Counted from the stretch's first letter, positions 18,275 to 28,905 are shown. The stretch is DNA of 64,000 nt from an uncultured Candidatus Saccharibacteria bacterium (GCA_964495685.1 CAZBVQ010000002.1:107284-171283); one strand, 5' to 3'. Made by a program: numbers and translations. Notes: generated by a model from the sequence alone, not told the origin.

Positions 18275-19306
18275 TTAGATTAACATTCCGGCTTTTATGA
18301 CATGTTGTACGAGGGTATATGTGTACCCCATCTCATTGTCATACCACGCCAATACTTTGACCAAATTACCATCGACGACACGCGTCATCTCGAGATCTGC
18401 AATAGAAGCATGACGATTGCCGACAATGTCATGCGAAACGAGAGGCTCCTCGGTCACGGTGAAGATACCATTCCAGCGAGGCTCCTTGGCGGCCTTCTTG
18501 AGAAGAGTGTTGACCTCTTCAGCGGTAGTATTTTTCTTGGAAATGAAGGTGACATCGACGATAGAACCAGCGACTACTGGCACACGGATAGAGATACCAT
18601 CAAACTTTCCTTGAAGCTGCGTAGCAACTTTGGTCACTGCAATAGCAGCACCAGTCGAAGATGGGACAATATTCTGTGCAGCGGCACGACCTTCACGGAG
18701 GTCTTTCTTTGATGGACCATCGACGATAGCTTGTGAGGCAGTATATGCGTGAACGGTGTTGAGCACTGCCTTTTCGATACCGAGAGTCTCGTCGAGAATG
18801 GCGATGAGTGGTGAGCCGGCATTGGTGGTACATGAAGCATTCGAGGTGATCTGACATCCTTCGAGCTTGTCTTCATTCATACCCATAAGGACTGTGGCGC
18901 TCTGGAATGGAGAGTCGGGTGCATCCTTGGTCGGTGCGGAAACGACTACCCTCTTTGCACCAGCGGTGATATGAGCCTGGGCTTTTTCGGCAGAGGTGAA
19001 TAGGCCGGTTGATTCAACGACAATGTCAATACCCAGGGCCTTCCACGGGAGTTTGGTTGGATCTTTCTCAGAAATAAACTGAACTTCTTGTCCATCGATG
19101 ATGAGGGCAGTCTTCTTTTCATTGACCGAAACATCAAAAGGGCTAACACCATACGCGGTGTCATATTTGAGGAGATAGGCGAAATTCTCGATACTACCGA
19201 GATCGTTGACAGCGACCAACTCCAATTCTTGTCTATCTTTGGCGACCTTGGCGAATGCGCGACCGATACGACCGAAACCGTTGATTGCTACGCGGATTTT
19301 TTTCAT
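18275..19306 (-). CDS. gap: Glyceraldehyde-3-phosphate dehydrogenase, type I
   Basis: INGFGRIGR, SNASCTTN, WYDNE; start reassigned to MKKIRV. Confidence 0.97.
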   Translation of the reverse strand: MKKIRVAINGFGRIGRAFAKVAKDRQELELVAVNDLGSIENFAYLLKYDTAYGVSPFDVSVNEKKTALIIDGQEVQFISEKDPTKLPWKALGIDIVVESTGLFTSAEKAQAHITAGAKRVVVSAPTKDAPDSPFQSATVLMGMNEDKLEGCQITSNASCTTNAGSPLIAILDETLGIEKAVLNTVHAYTASQAIVDGPSKKDLREGRAAAQNIVPSSTGAAIAVTKVATQLQGKFDGISIRVPVVAGSIVDVTFISKKNTTAEEVNTLLKKAAKEPRWNGIFTVTEEPLVSHDIVGNRHASIADLEMTRVVDGNLVKVLAWYDNEMGYTYTLVQHVIKAGMLI

Positions 19307-19443
19307 GGAATTAAGGTAAAAGCTATGTGGGTAACACTCATATTCTATCATATACACAATCGATTTCGTATGTGCTATGCTCGGAAGTGGCTTAGAGTAG
19401 TAAATGGCACGACCTGTGCCACACAACCCAAGGAGTACCTCGT

Positions 19444-19989
19444 ATGTTTCGTGAAGAAGTTACGACAGGATCGGTCCCATCTCAGACGACATCCCCATCC
19501 GAATTCGAGAAATTCGTGGAGCAAATTGAAACCGAACTCCAAGTTCTCTGCGGAGGGACAGCCCGTAAATTCGGCCGTATGGTTAACCACTTCAAACCAA
19601 CGATGAACCGTCGTGGAATTCTTGCCAACCCTGAAGTCCAATACGTCTACGACCTCAGACTCCATTGTGGCAAACCCTGCCCACTGGTGATCATGGAGTC
19701 AGACGAAGACTTGAATACCTTCCTTCAACGATGTCGAGACAGTGACACCTTCATTCCAGCAATCGCCCCTCTCCCAAAAGAAGAGACCGAGGACAAGAAA
19801 GAACTACCCTACGAGCTACGCAAGCGAATCTTCAATATCCTCAAACGCTGGTTACGGCATCGACGACACGTTCGTCAGCATCAACACAAGGACAAGGCAC
19901 ATCAGCGAATGGTCATGCGTTCGGAACGGCGCTCACAACACAGTGTATTGCGCGGTCAGTATCCCCACACCTACCTGGTACGAACCTGA
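19444..19989 (+). CDS. Hypothetical protein
   Basis: 181 aa ORF followed by hairpin terminator ~20007-20036. Confidence 0.6.
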   Translation: MFREEVTTGSVPSQTTSPSEFEKFVEQIETELQVLCGGTARKFGRMVNHFKPTMNRRGILANPEVQYVYDLRLHCGKPCPLVIMESDEDLNTFLQRCRDSDTFIPAIAPLPKEETEDKKELPYELRKRIFNILKRWLRHRRHVRQHQHKDKAHQRMVMRSERRSQHSVLRGQYPHTYLVRT

Positions 19990-20035
19990 TCCGCTTCATC
20001 CTCTCTCACGCGCAGCCACCCCGGTTGCGCGCTTT

Positions 20036-21097
20036 TTATTTCCCTTTCATTGTCGCATACGCCTTCCCCATCTTCTTGATGAGTCCCGGTCCCTCAAATA
20101 TCATTCCTGTGATGACTTGAATGAGATCTGCACCGGCATCGAATTTCTCTTTCATAGTCTCGACTGACATCACACCCCCGACGCCGATAATGGTGAATCG
20201 CCGACCGAATGTTTCGCGTGTTTTGTAGATAAGATCCGTCGACACATGCGTACATGGCTTGCCCGAAAGTCCTCCCTTGAATGTCTTCGGGGCATCTTCT
20301 GCTACGTCGAGTGAATGATAGTCCTTGTTGAGATTGCCGATAACTACACCCTGGAATCCCGCGACATCAATGACCTTGAGCAGTGAATTGAACTGGTCCC
20401 ATGGGATATTGATGGGCATTTTGACATATACAGGTTTGGTACACGGTACTGTTTTGAGCGCATTCACTAATTTGGTCAGCAATTCTGGGGTCGTGAATGC
20501 CTCTCCACCGAATGAATTGGGACATGAAATGTTGATCGTGTAATAGTCGCCGACTCCCGCCTCATTCAAGCGCTTGAATGAATAGAGATAATCAGCGATA
20601 CCCTCTTCAACAGACACCGAGCACGTATCATTGGTGCGTGCGATCGAAATTCCAACAACGAATCCTGAATCCGTATTCGCTCTTCGTTCGGCCGCCTTCA
20701 ATCTCCCGATAACAACATCCACCCCATCATTTTTGAGACCTTTGTTGACCAGAATGCTCTGCGAACGCGGCAACCGAGTCAGCCGTGGAGCTGGATTGCC
20801 TGCACACGGACGTGCCGTGACTGATCCGACTTCTTCTCCCCCGAGGCCAATGTGCCCGAGTGTACGAGTGAGATGCCCATTGTAGTCGAAACCAGCCGAA
20901 AGCAAGAATGGTGTGCGATAGGTGATACCATCTACCGTTTTGGAAATGCGAGGACCATGGTAGCCATACACCAGATCAATAAGCCATGCGAGGGGTCGAC
21001 ATGAAGCGATCATGCGACCAATAGCAACGAACCATTCATGCACCTTCTCAGGGTCGAAATGGAAGAGAATGGGCTTGAGAATATGCTTGTAGAGCAT
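20036..21097 (-). CDS. pyrD: Dihydroorotate dehydrogenase (class 2-like)
   Basis: DPEKVHE, AGFDYNG, GNPAPRL, INISCPN, GGLSGKP. Confidence 0.92.
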   Translation of the reverse strand: MLYKHILKPILFHFDPEKVHEWFVAIGRMIASCRPLAWLIDLVYGYHGPRISKTVDGITYRTPFLLSAGFDYNGHLTRTLGHIGLGGEEVGSVTARPCAGNPAPRLTRLPRSQSILVNKGLKNDGVDVVIGRLKAAERRANTDSGFVVGISIARTNDTCSVSVEEGIADYLYSFKRLNEAGVGDYYTINISCPNSFGGEAFTTPELLTKLVNALKTVPCTKPVYVKMPINIPWDQFNSLLKVIDVAGFQGVVIGNLNKDYHSLDVAEDAPKTFKGGLSGKPCTHVSTDLIYKTRETFGRRFTIIGVGGVMSVETMKEKFDAGADLIQVITGMIFEGPGLIKKMGKAYATMKGK

Positions 21098-21162
21098 AGT
21101 ACGACTCACTATACCATATCAGACAAAAAAGGTTGTGCTATAATTCAAGACAACAAACTCAT

Positions 21163-22686
21163 ATGCCTTTCATCAAAAAACACCCCCTCATTTCGGGCGC
21201 CCTTATTCTTGTCATTGCAATCATCCTCATCACCCTCCTTTTCGGCAGCAAAGGAGTCGAAGAACAAACCATGATCGTGCAACGTGCCTCCTATGTGAAC
21301 AAAGTCGCTGTTTCTGGCAAGGTCGTAGCTGCCCAAGGATCTGACCTCGGTTTCGACCAGAGTGGACGAGTATCCTCAGTCACGGTACACGTCGGCGACA
21401 AGGTCAAAGCAGGTACGATCATCGCCTCCATCGACAACGGTGCCATCCGTGCCGATATCGTGCAAAAACAAGCCACCCTCGAAAAAGAGCGTGCCAAACT
21501 AGCAGCACTCGAACGTGGTACTCGCACCGAAGAACTCGCCGAAGCAGAACAAACATATACCGATGCCTCATCGGCACTACTCATTGCCCTCCGGAATGCA
21601 CACGTAGAGATCGAGGGTGCCCTCATAACAAAAATAGACTCACTATTCATCAATGGCAACACATCCAATCCAGAAATAACTATCCGCACCCAGAGTTTCA
21701 ATGAGAAACGAAGTATCGAAAACGAACGCCTCGTCGTGGGAGAAAAGGTGGGTCATTGGAAAACAGCACTCTCCACCCTATCGCCCACGCCTGATGCTGC
21801 AGCCATAGCATCCGCACGGACAATCAGTACCGATACAATCAGAGCCGTCAAATCATTCGTGGATCGCCTCGCGACGATCGCAGGTGCCATGACACCAGCA
21901 AATTCTGGCGTACAACAAGCAGACATCGATACTGATCTCCAGGCCGTCAATGCCGCCGCCGTCCAAGTAGGTGACGCCGCAACCGCCGAACAGACGGCTT
22001 ACGCAGCATGGACATCAGCCACACGTACCCTCACACTCAAGCAGGCCGGCTCCGCATCAGAAGATATCACTGCTCAGGCGGCCCAAGTCCGTTCGGCCGA
22101 AGCAGATGTGGCCAGTGCCGATGCACAACTCCGCAAAGCGTTGATCATAGCTCCCTACGATGGCACCATCACCAAGATGGACCTCAAAGTCGGAGAAATT
22201 GTTTCTCCGAGCGCATCCGAAGTCTCCATCATGGGCACCAACACCTTCGAAGTTGATAGCTATATTCCTGAGGTGTACATCGCTCAGATTTCTACCGACA
22301 ACAAGGCAACCCTGACCCTCGATGCATTCGGTAATGATGTCGTATTCAATGCAGCTGTCACCTCCATCGATCCGGGCGAGACCATCAGAGATGGCGTCTC
22401 AACCTACAAGACCAAGCTCCAGCTCGTCGACGGTGATCCACGTATCCGTTCAGGTATGACCGCCAATATCCAGATCATCACCGAGACCGAAGAAGGTGCC
22501 ATCGCTGTACCCCAGGGTGTCATCATCACCAAGGATGGGGCCAAGTATGTCCAGGTCCGTTCTGGCACAGAGGTCCACGAAGTCCCCGTGACTGTCGGCG
22601 GCACTGCTGGTTTCGGTCAGGTCGAGATTCTTTCGGGCTTGAATGAAGGCGACGTCGTCATCCTTCCCCCTGTCACCACCAACTAA
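21163..22686 (+). CDS. Efflux membrane-fusion/adaptor protein (HlyD/MacA family)
   Basis: N-term TM, lipoyl half-motifs (GRV..V..GDKVKAG; APYDG), long coiled coil, 'GLNEGDVV'. Confidence 0.9.
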   Translation: MPFIKKHPLISGALILVIAIILITLLFGSKGVEEQTMIVQRASYVNKVAVSGKVVAAQGSDLGFDQSGRVSSVTVHVGDKVKAGTIIASIDNGAIRADIVQKQATLEKERAKLAALERGTRTEELAEAEQTYTDASSALLIALRNAHVEIEGALITKIDSLFINGNTSNPEITIRTQSFNEKRSIENERLVVGEKVGHWKTALSTLSPTPDAAAIASARTISTDTIRAVKSFVDRLATIAGAMTPANSGVQQADIDTDLQAVNAAAVQVGDAATAEQTAYAAWTSATRTLTLKQAGSASEDITAQAAQVRSAEADVASADAQLRKALIIAPYDGTITKMDLKVGEIVSPSASEVSIMGTNTFEVDSYIPEVYIAQISTDNKATLTLDAFGNDVVFNAAVTSIDPGETIRDGVSTYKTKLQLVDGDPRIRSGMTANIQIITETEEGAIAVPQGVIITKDGAKYVQVRSGTEVHEVPVTVGGTAGFGQVEILSGLNEGDVVILPPVTTN

Positions 22687-22688
22687 GC

Positions 22689-23945
22689 ATGTCTTCACTG
22701 CTCAACGTCCGTATTGGCTCATTCCTGGCACTCCGCCAGATCAAACGTTCCAGCAAATGGACCACCGTTTTGATCATTTTCGTCATGGTTCTGACGTTCC
22801 TCAACTTGGTGGTCGTCTCTGGCGTACTCGTCGGACTCATCCAGGGTTCTGTCGATGCACAACGTCGCCAATACACAAGTGACGTCATCTTGTCGACTCT
22901 GAGCACCAAGACGTACATCGAGCACAGCGCCGACATCATCGCTCTCCTGCGCTCATTGCCCGAAGTAGATGCCGTCAGTCCACGTTATACCAGTGGCGTA
23001 TCACTCGAAGCCAACTACAAGACGCGCATCAATCAGACCGACAAAGCAAATACTGCTGGCGGCGAGCTCGTCGGCATCGATCCCGTGAGCGAGAATGAGA
23101 TCACTAATCTGTCCAAATACGTCATTGAGGGCTCCTACCTCTCCCCGACCGATTATGACCAGATCTTGCTCGGTTCATTCCTGGTCAAGAAATATGTGCC
23201 CGTCAACAACCCTGGTTTCAGCGCTCTCGAAAACATCGAGCCGGGCACCAAGATCCGCATCAAGGTCAACGGCATCACTCGCGAAGTCACCGTCAAAGGA
23301 ATCTTGAAGAGTAAAGTCAACGAAACAGGCTTGCGCTCATTCATGGTGGATAGTCAGCTGCGCAGCTTGATCGGCAGGAATGACTTCAACGTCGGCGAGA
23401 TCGCGATACGCCTCAAGCCAGGTGCTGATCCTGTACGTGTCCGCGACATGCTGGTACGAAGTGGTGTCGACAAAGTCGCCAAAGTGCAGACCTACGTCGA
23501 TGCGCAGCCCAAATTCCTCAAAGATATCAAGGATACCTTCGCCCTCCTCGGCAACATGATCAGCTCCATCGGTCTCGTCGTGGCTTCTATCACTATATTC
23601 ATCGTCATTTTCATCAACGCTATTACGCGCAGGAAATTCATCGGTATCTTGAAAGGTATCGGCATCAACGGCAAAGCCATCGAGATCTCGTATGTCATCC
23701 AATCAGTCTTCTACGCAGCGTGTGGATCAGCTATCGGTCTCCTCATCGTGTACGGTCTACTCCAACCCATGATCGCCGCACATCCGATCGACTTCCCCTT
23801 CAGTGATGGCATCTTGGTGGCACCATTCGGTGAGACACTGCTCCGTGTCGCCCTACTCATCTTCGCCACCATTATTGCCGGATACATTCCTGCCCGCATG
23901 ATCGTCAGGAAGAATACGCTGGATTCGATATTAGGTAGGAAATAA
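22689..23945 (+). CDS. ABC transporter permease (FtsX/MacB/LolE family)
   Basis: 4-TM layout, 'RRKFIGILKGIG', 'GYIPARMI'. Confidence 0.9.
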   Translation: MSSLLNVRIGSFLALRQIKRSSKWTTVLIIFVMVLTFLNLVVVSGVLVGLIQGSVDAQRRQYTSDVILSTLSTKTYIEHSADIIALLRSLPEVDAVSPRYTSGVSLEANYKTRINQTDKANTAGGELVGIDPVSENEITNLSKYVIEGSYLSPTDYDQILLGSFLVKKYVPVNNPGFSALENIEPGTKIRIKVNGITREVTVKGILKSKVNETGLRSFMVDSQLRSLIGRNDFNVGEIAIRLKPGADPVRVRDMLVRSGVDKVAKVQTYVDAQPKFLKDIKDTFALLGNMISSIGLVVASITIFIVIFINAITRRKFIGILKGIGINGKAIEISYVIQSVFYAACGSAIGLLIVYGLLQPMIAAHPIDFPFSDGILVAPFGETLLRVALLIFATIIAGYIPARMIVRKNTLDSILGRK

Positions 23946-23954
23946 CTTACTTCC

Positions 23955-24632
23955 ATGATTGAAACACGCAATCTTCGCAAATCATTCAAGAACGGCATCG
24001 TCGAGACTGAGATTCTCAAGGGGATCGATTTCCACGTAGAACGCGGCGAGTTCGTAGCCATCATGGGACGTTCTGGCGCTGGTAAGAGTACCTTCATGTA
24101 CCAGATCAGTCTCCTCGACGAACCGACCTCAGGTGAGATTATCATCAATGGCGGCCACTATGCAGCCAAAATGAGTAACGAAGAAAAAACCGAGTTTCGT
24201 CTGACACGACTCGGCTATGTCTTCCAAGACTACGCCCTCATCCCCGAGCTCACCGCTCTCGAAAACGTCGCCCTACCGCTCCTCATGCAAGATATTTCAG
24301 AGAAGGACGCCTACGTCAAAGCTGGCGAAGCACTCAAGCGCGTCGGTCTAGCTGGTCATATGTATCAGTTGCCGAGTCAGCTCTCTGGTGGTGAACAGCA
24401 ACGCGTCAGTATTTCTCGCGCGATCGCCCATACACCAGATATCCTATTCGCTGATGAGCCGACGGCGAACCTCGATAACGAATCATCCAAAGTGGTGATG
24501 AATATATTCCTCGATCTGCACCGTGCAGGTCAGACTATCATCATGGTTACTCATGAACCTGAGTACGGCAAAATGGCACAGAAGATCGTCAGGTTGGATG
24601 ATGGGAGGATTGTGGATATTGTGAAGAATTAG
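23955..24632 (+). CDS. ABC transporter ATP-binding protein (LolD/MacB type)
   Basis: GRSGAGKST, LSGGEQQRV, ADEPTANLD. Confidence 0.95.
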   Translation: MIETRNLRKSFKNGIVETEILKGIDFHVERGEFVAIMGRSGAGKSTFMYQISLLDEPTSGEIIINGGHYAAKMSNEEKTEFRLTRLGYVFQDYALIPELTALENVALPLLMQDISEKDAYVKAGEALKRVGLAGHMYQLPSQLSGGEQQRVSISRAIAHTPDILFADEPTANLDNESSKVVMNIFLDLHRAGQTIIMVTHEPEYGKMAQKIVRLDDGRIVDIVKN

Positions 24633-24639
24633 CTTCATT

Positions 24640-26127
24640 TTACTGTTTCTCTGTCTTCTTTTTATTATTTATAAACTCAAACATATTTAAAATTCTTATA
24701 AGCCGTCGCTTTTTAAGATCTTCTGCAGAATTCTCTGTATAATTCAAGTCATTTAATTCTTGAATGTAAGTCTTTAGTTTTTCTTTGGTGAATTCATAAG
24801 GAAACAGAATGAGCGCCAATTCTACCGTAGCTTTTGTATCTACTTCTATTTGTTCTTGGAGGTATCTTGAAAAATTTTTAATAGAATCATTATCTCCAAT
24901 AAGCATTCTACTCGTAAATCCAAAGTTAGTACCTCTCTCTACCAGAGACTTCATTCGGCCTCTTTCGGCCCATGGCCGTATAAGTAGGGTTAGAAGTTGT
25001 GCCCATGTCATTGGATCAACTGTCGGGAAAAGATTTGAAGCAACCTCATCAAGCTGTTTATCAAAATCTTGATCTTGTTGTTGCTGAATACGAGACTGCG
25101 CCCAATGAAGGAACTGCTCAAGCCAGATTTTTGATATAAAATTATCTTTATTTTGAAAAGTTTCTTTTGTAGTCTTCCATTCTGGAGGGAAATATCCTCT
25201 TCCTTGCTGATCACCCCATGCGTCATATGCTTCATTTGAATCTGCAACATTATCAAAAAATGTTTTCGAAATAGAGCTTAAGAAAAGTTGCTTCAAGTAG
25301 TCTGGTTCTTTTTCTTGTACATGCTTTTTTAAGTTCTCAAACAAGAGAAATAATGTTCCTTTTTGAAGTGCTGACCGTACGAGTTTTTCAATAAGTTGCC
25401 GAAGAACACTTCGAATAATATATGCCCCATTTACATATTTATCTTTACTATCAAGACGGTTTTTATGTCTAAGGAACGAGACATGATTCCACTCCAGAAT
25501 TTTTTCAAATAAATCACCGAAAATAACCCAGTCATATAAAGACCGCTTATCAAGATGTGCCGCAAAGGTACTCATGTACCTTGAAGACCTGTTAGATTCA
25601 TCATTGGATACTAAGAAATCGAAATGCTGAATAAATACTTTTATCAGATTACGTTCTTCAATGATACTCTCAATCTTTTTAGACCATGTCATTCCCCAAA
25701 TTTTGTTTTTTTCATCCCAGTCGCCTTTTTCAGTAAGATATTCATTGCGCAGTTTATTTCTAAAATTATCTAGATCAGTGACGTTGTCACTATCTAGAGT
25801 TCTCATCCAACGATATGAATTTAATAGAGTTTGAATTATTAGTGTAATACCACCAGCAAATGCAACAAAAAGAATAGATCGAAAACCCTCCAAGTACCAC
25901 AAAAATATGGGAATAAAAACCAGACAAATAGCCACGAGAAACTTCTTAGCTTTGATAACCTTTTCTATTATCACGATCCGATCCCACCCAACACCCCCAC
26001 GAGCTTCTTCTAAAAGGAAGATTACTAATGGGATAAATATGGTGAGCAGTGCAATACCAAAACCTTGCATTGCATCAGGTAACAATTTGGCATCTAGGAA
26101 TTTATTAAAAACGCACACGATAATCAT
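24640..26127 (-). CDS. Hypothetical membrane protein, AT-rich
   Basis: 495 aa, three N-terminal TM segments; visibly more AT-rich than neighbours. Confidence 0.75.
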   Translation of the reverse strand: MIIVCVFNKFLDAKLLPDAMQGFGIALLTIFIPLVIFLLEEARGGVGWDRIVIIEKVIKAKKFLVAICLVFIPIFLWYLEGFRSILFVAFAGGITLIIQTLLNSYRWMRTLDSDNVTDLDNFRNKLRNEYLTEKGDWDEKNKIWGMTWSKKIESIIEERNLIKVFIQHFDFLVSNDESNRSSRYMSTFAAHLDKRSLYDWVIFGDLFEKILEWNHVSFLRHKNRLDSKDKYVNGAYIIRSVLRQLIEKLVRSALQKGTLFLLFENLKKHVQEKEPDYLKQLFLSSISKTFFDNVADSNEAYDAWGDQQGRGYFPPEWKTTKETFQNKDNFISKIWLEQFLHWAQSRIQQQQDQDFDKQLDEVASNLFPTVDPMTWAQLLTLLIRPWAERGRMKSLVERGTNFGFTSRMLIGDNDSIKNFSRYLQEQIEVDTKATVELALILFPYEFTKEKLKTYIQELNDLNYTENSAEDLKKRRLIRILNMFEFINNKKKTEKQ

Positions 26128-26143
26128 ATTGGCCTTTTAATAT

Positions 26144-26710
26144 TTAATACTTCCTCACCACTCCCGTCACCTTGGCAGCAATCTTGAGATCATACTCAGG
26201 ATAGATAGGATTGTACTTCTTGTTGGCGGGCTCGAGATAGACGCGGCCATTCTTGGTACGGTAATACTTCATGGTCCAGCCGCCATCCACCTCGGCGATC
26301 ACAATATCTCCCTCCTTGGGGACCGTGATACGCTCAGCGACCACTAGATCACCCTCCTGGATACCCGCATCGATCATAGAGTCACCTTTGACTTCGAGGA
26401 GATACGTCTTGTCTTTGTCACTGATCAGATACTCATCAATACTGAGTGTGTCCAACACCGTCTCCTCTGCCACCGTCGGAAACCCAGCCTCTACCAGCCC
26501 AAGCATCGGTACTTCACCGACCAATTTGTTGGGGATCAAGCGACCGCTCGAATCTTTGTCGAGCACACCTTCACCGATCAGTTTGTTGACCAGCTTGTAG
26601 ACGGCGTTCTTGGACTTGAAACCGACCAGCTCCATGATCTCTGAATACGACGGCATGCGCTTGGTCCGTTTGTAGAAATTGATGATTTTGTGTCTGTAGG
26701 AATCACTCAT
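26144..26710 (-). CDS. lexA: LexA repressor
   Basis: 'PSYSEI' wHTH, Ala-Gly cleavage site (VEAGFP), GDSM serine, catalytic Lys. Confidence 0.9.
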   Translation of the reverse strand: MSDSYRHKIINFYKRTKRMPSYSEIMELVGFKSKNAVYKLVNKLIGEGVLDKDSSGRLIPNKLVGEVPMLGLVEAGFPTVAEETVLDTLSIDEYLISDKDKTYLLEVKGDSMIDAGIQEGDLVVAERITVPKEGDIVIAEVDGGWTMKYYRTKNGRVYLEPANKKYNPIYPEYDLKIAAKVTGVVRKY

Positions 26711-26820
26711 AGTATTGGTTCATTGTACCTCTCTTTGTGTCCTCGTTACAGTCCACGAAGCTTACGGACTCGGGGAAAATACGCACGCTTCATGAACTTG
26801 AATGAGGACACGAAGGGCAT

Positions 26821-27012
26821 CTAATTGAACGCGAAATTGAACAACTGAAGGATAGATCGACGTGGTGATAATCGTGCGAGCTGTGACATCAAGAACTTGT
26901 GACGCATCGATAGACGGCGGTATGGCAGGCCCTGGATGATGCGTAGATCAATGTCCTGATTGATACGATCCAACTCCATACGAATGGTACGAATTGCTTG
27001 ATATTTACTCAT
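26821..27012 (-). CDS. Small basic hypothetical protein
   Basis: 63 aa ORF upstream of lexA. Confidence 0.6.
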   Translation of the reverse strand: MSKYQAIRTIRMELDRINQDIDLRIIQGLPYRRLSMRHKFLMSQLARLSPRRSILQLFNFAFN

Positions 27013-27183
27013 GGTAGCTAATTGATTAGTGGTAAGGTCGCGGAGCCTGCGAAGTCACATATCGGCAGAATAACGCCTGTTCTATATCCTACTGATGATA
27101 TGACTCCGGCGACTTCTCGACTGAATATAAGTATAGGTGAACTATCGTTCACCTGCAAGTCAAATCTGTGGATAACTAGATTT

Positions 27184-28167
27184 CTACTGCCCCACGTTGG
27201 TACCCTCAATAAGTTTGGGCTTATTGGGATCGACGGCCGGCAATGGTGGCACATAGCGTGTACCTGGTATAGGAGCCGACGGCTCACTCGGCGCCGGTTG
27301 ATTCGGACTCGAATTACCTCCTGACGTATCTGTAGTTTGCGGCTGCGGTGTACTAGAAGTATCTGGCGTCGTCCCACTTCCCGTGTCAGACGGTGTCGAC
27401 GGATTATTGATCGTCGTCAGTGTTTGCTGAAGATCATCCACCTTGGACTGAGTATCTTTGACCTCTTGTTGTTGCTGCTGCACGATCGATGGCGGCACCG
27501 ACGGCTGATTGATATCAGATATAGCTTGGTTGACATCCTCGATAATAATATTGACCTGATTCTGGTCAGCAGCAATTTCCGCAGGTGTCAGACCAGAATT
27601 GTCTGGCGTCAATTGATCGACTAATTTCTTGAGCTCATCAATGTATGTTTTGACTTCCTGGGCATATCCAGCTGATGTAGCAGCGGCTCCTGGAGCAACA
27701 CTGGCAACAGGATCGTTGACCAATTTTTTCCATTCCTGCAAAACATCAGCAATCTTCTGACGGTCCTCATTGATCTTCTGCTGGAGCTGTTGGAGTGCTG
27801 GAGTCGCTGTACCCTCGAGCTTGGCCTGTGCCGCAATGTCGTCAGCAACATCCATGACATGATTGAGAACATTGTCATAGACTTCTTCGCGCGCGACGGC
27901 GAGCGCCTGTGGCGAACTGGCATAATTGATGAATAGGTTGAGACGTTCGAGCTCAGCCGAAGCGACAGAGCGCGCCTTGGCTAGTTCTGCAGCCACCTGC
28001 TCGACACTAGCATGAGTCGTAGCCAATTGTTGACCGCGAGCGACCTGGGCATCCTTCTCCTGATTCTGATTGTGTACACGTACACCGACGTAGACGCCAC
28101 CACCGACGAGTACCACCACGAAAAGTGATGAGATGATCACGCCTGGCTGTAACAGAAGTCCTTTCAT
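27184..28167 (-). CDS. Membrane-anchored coiled-coil protein
   Basis: N-term TM, helical body, P/S/T-rich tail. Confidence 0.75.
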   Translation of the reverse strand: MKGLLLQPGVIISSLFVVVLVGGGVYVGVRVHNQNQEKDAQVARGQQLATTHASVEQVAAELAKARSVASAELERLNLFINYASSPQALAVAREEVYDNVLNHVMDVADDIAAQAKLEGTATPALQQLQQKINEDRQKIADVLQEWKKLVNDPVASVAPGAAATSAGYAQEVKTYIDELKKLVDQLTPDNSGLTPAEIAADQNQVNIIIEDVNQAISDINQPSVPPSIVQQQQQEVKDTQSKVDDLQQTLTTINNPSTPSDTGSGTTPDTSSTPQPQTTDTSGGNSSPNQPAPSEPSAPIPGTRYVPPLPAVDPNKPKLIEGTNVGQ

Positions 28168-28905
28168 TTATGCTTTGCCTAGAAAGACCTTTTCTAATAC
28201 ACCAGTCGAAATAATGTCGCGCGGATGGCCCTCAGCATAGACTCGACCCTTGTCGAGCACATAGGCGCGCGTGGTGATTTCAAGTAATGATTTGAGATTG
28301 TGTTCGACAACGACGATGGCCATCTTACGACGTTCATTGATCTCCTTCACTTTCGCAAAAACTTCTTTGACTATCTTGGGCGCAAGGCCGAGCGACGGTT
28401 CGTCGAGGAGGAGAATTTTGGGATCAGTCATGAGGCCGCGTGCAATAGCAAGCATCTGTTGTTGACCTCCTGAGAGCGTACCCGACTTTGCTTTGAGTTT
28501 GCCACGGAGTGCAGGAAAAAGATCGAGGACATTCTCCATGCGCTCTTTGCGCTCTGCAGCACTTGCGATAGACCAGCCGCCAATCTCGATATTTTCGTAG
28601 ACCGTGAGATGCTTGAACACCCGTCGCCCTTGTGGCACGAATGAAATGCCGCGATGGACGACTTCATGTGAGACTGGCTTGAATTCATGACCTTCCCAGA
28701 GGACCTTGCCCGTCTCGATGGGCGCTAGACCAAAAATAGCTTTGAGAATAGTAGATTTGCCGGCACCATTGGGTCCCATAAGTGCTACAACTTCACCTTC
28801 ATCAATAGAAACAGAGGTGCCGGCCAATGCTTTGACTCCACCATAGTGGACATGAATGTCGTGAAGTGACAGGAGAGTTTCCGCTGATTTCGTGGCCTGA
28901 GTCAT
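28168..28905 (-). CDS. livF: Branched-chain amino acid ABC ATPase
   Basis: GPNGAGKST, PQGRRVF, LSGGQQQMLAIARGL, DEPSLGLAP. Confidence 0.93.
   Translation of the reverse strand: MTQATKSAETLLSLHDIHVHYGGVKALAGTSVSIDEGEVVALMGPNGAGKSTILKAIFGLAPIETGKVLWEGHEFKPVSHEVVHRGISFVPQGRRVFKHLTVYENIEIGGWSIASAAERKERMENVLDLFPALRGKLKAKSGTLSGGQQQMLAIARGLMTDPKILLLDEPSLGLAPKIVKEVFAKVKEINERRKMAIVVVEHNLKSLLEITTRAYVLDKGRVYAEGHPRDIISTGVLEKVFLGKA

Noticed and set aside
26731-26817. Hammerhead ribozyme
   Set aside because: CUGAUGA and GAAA core elements are not present in the required arrangement
27168-27176. Chromosomal oriC from DnaA box tgtggataa
   Set aside because: Single box with no cluster and no dnaA/dnaN nearby
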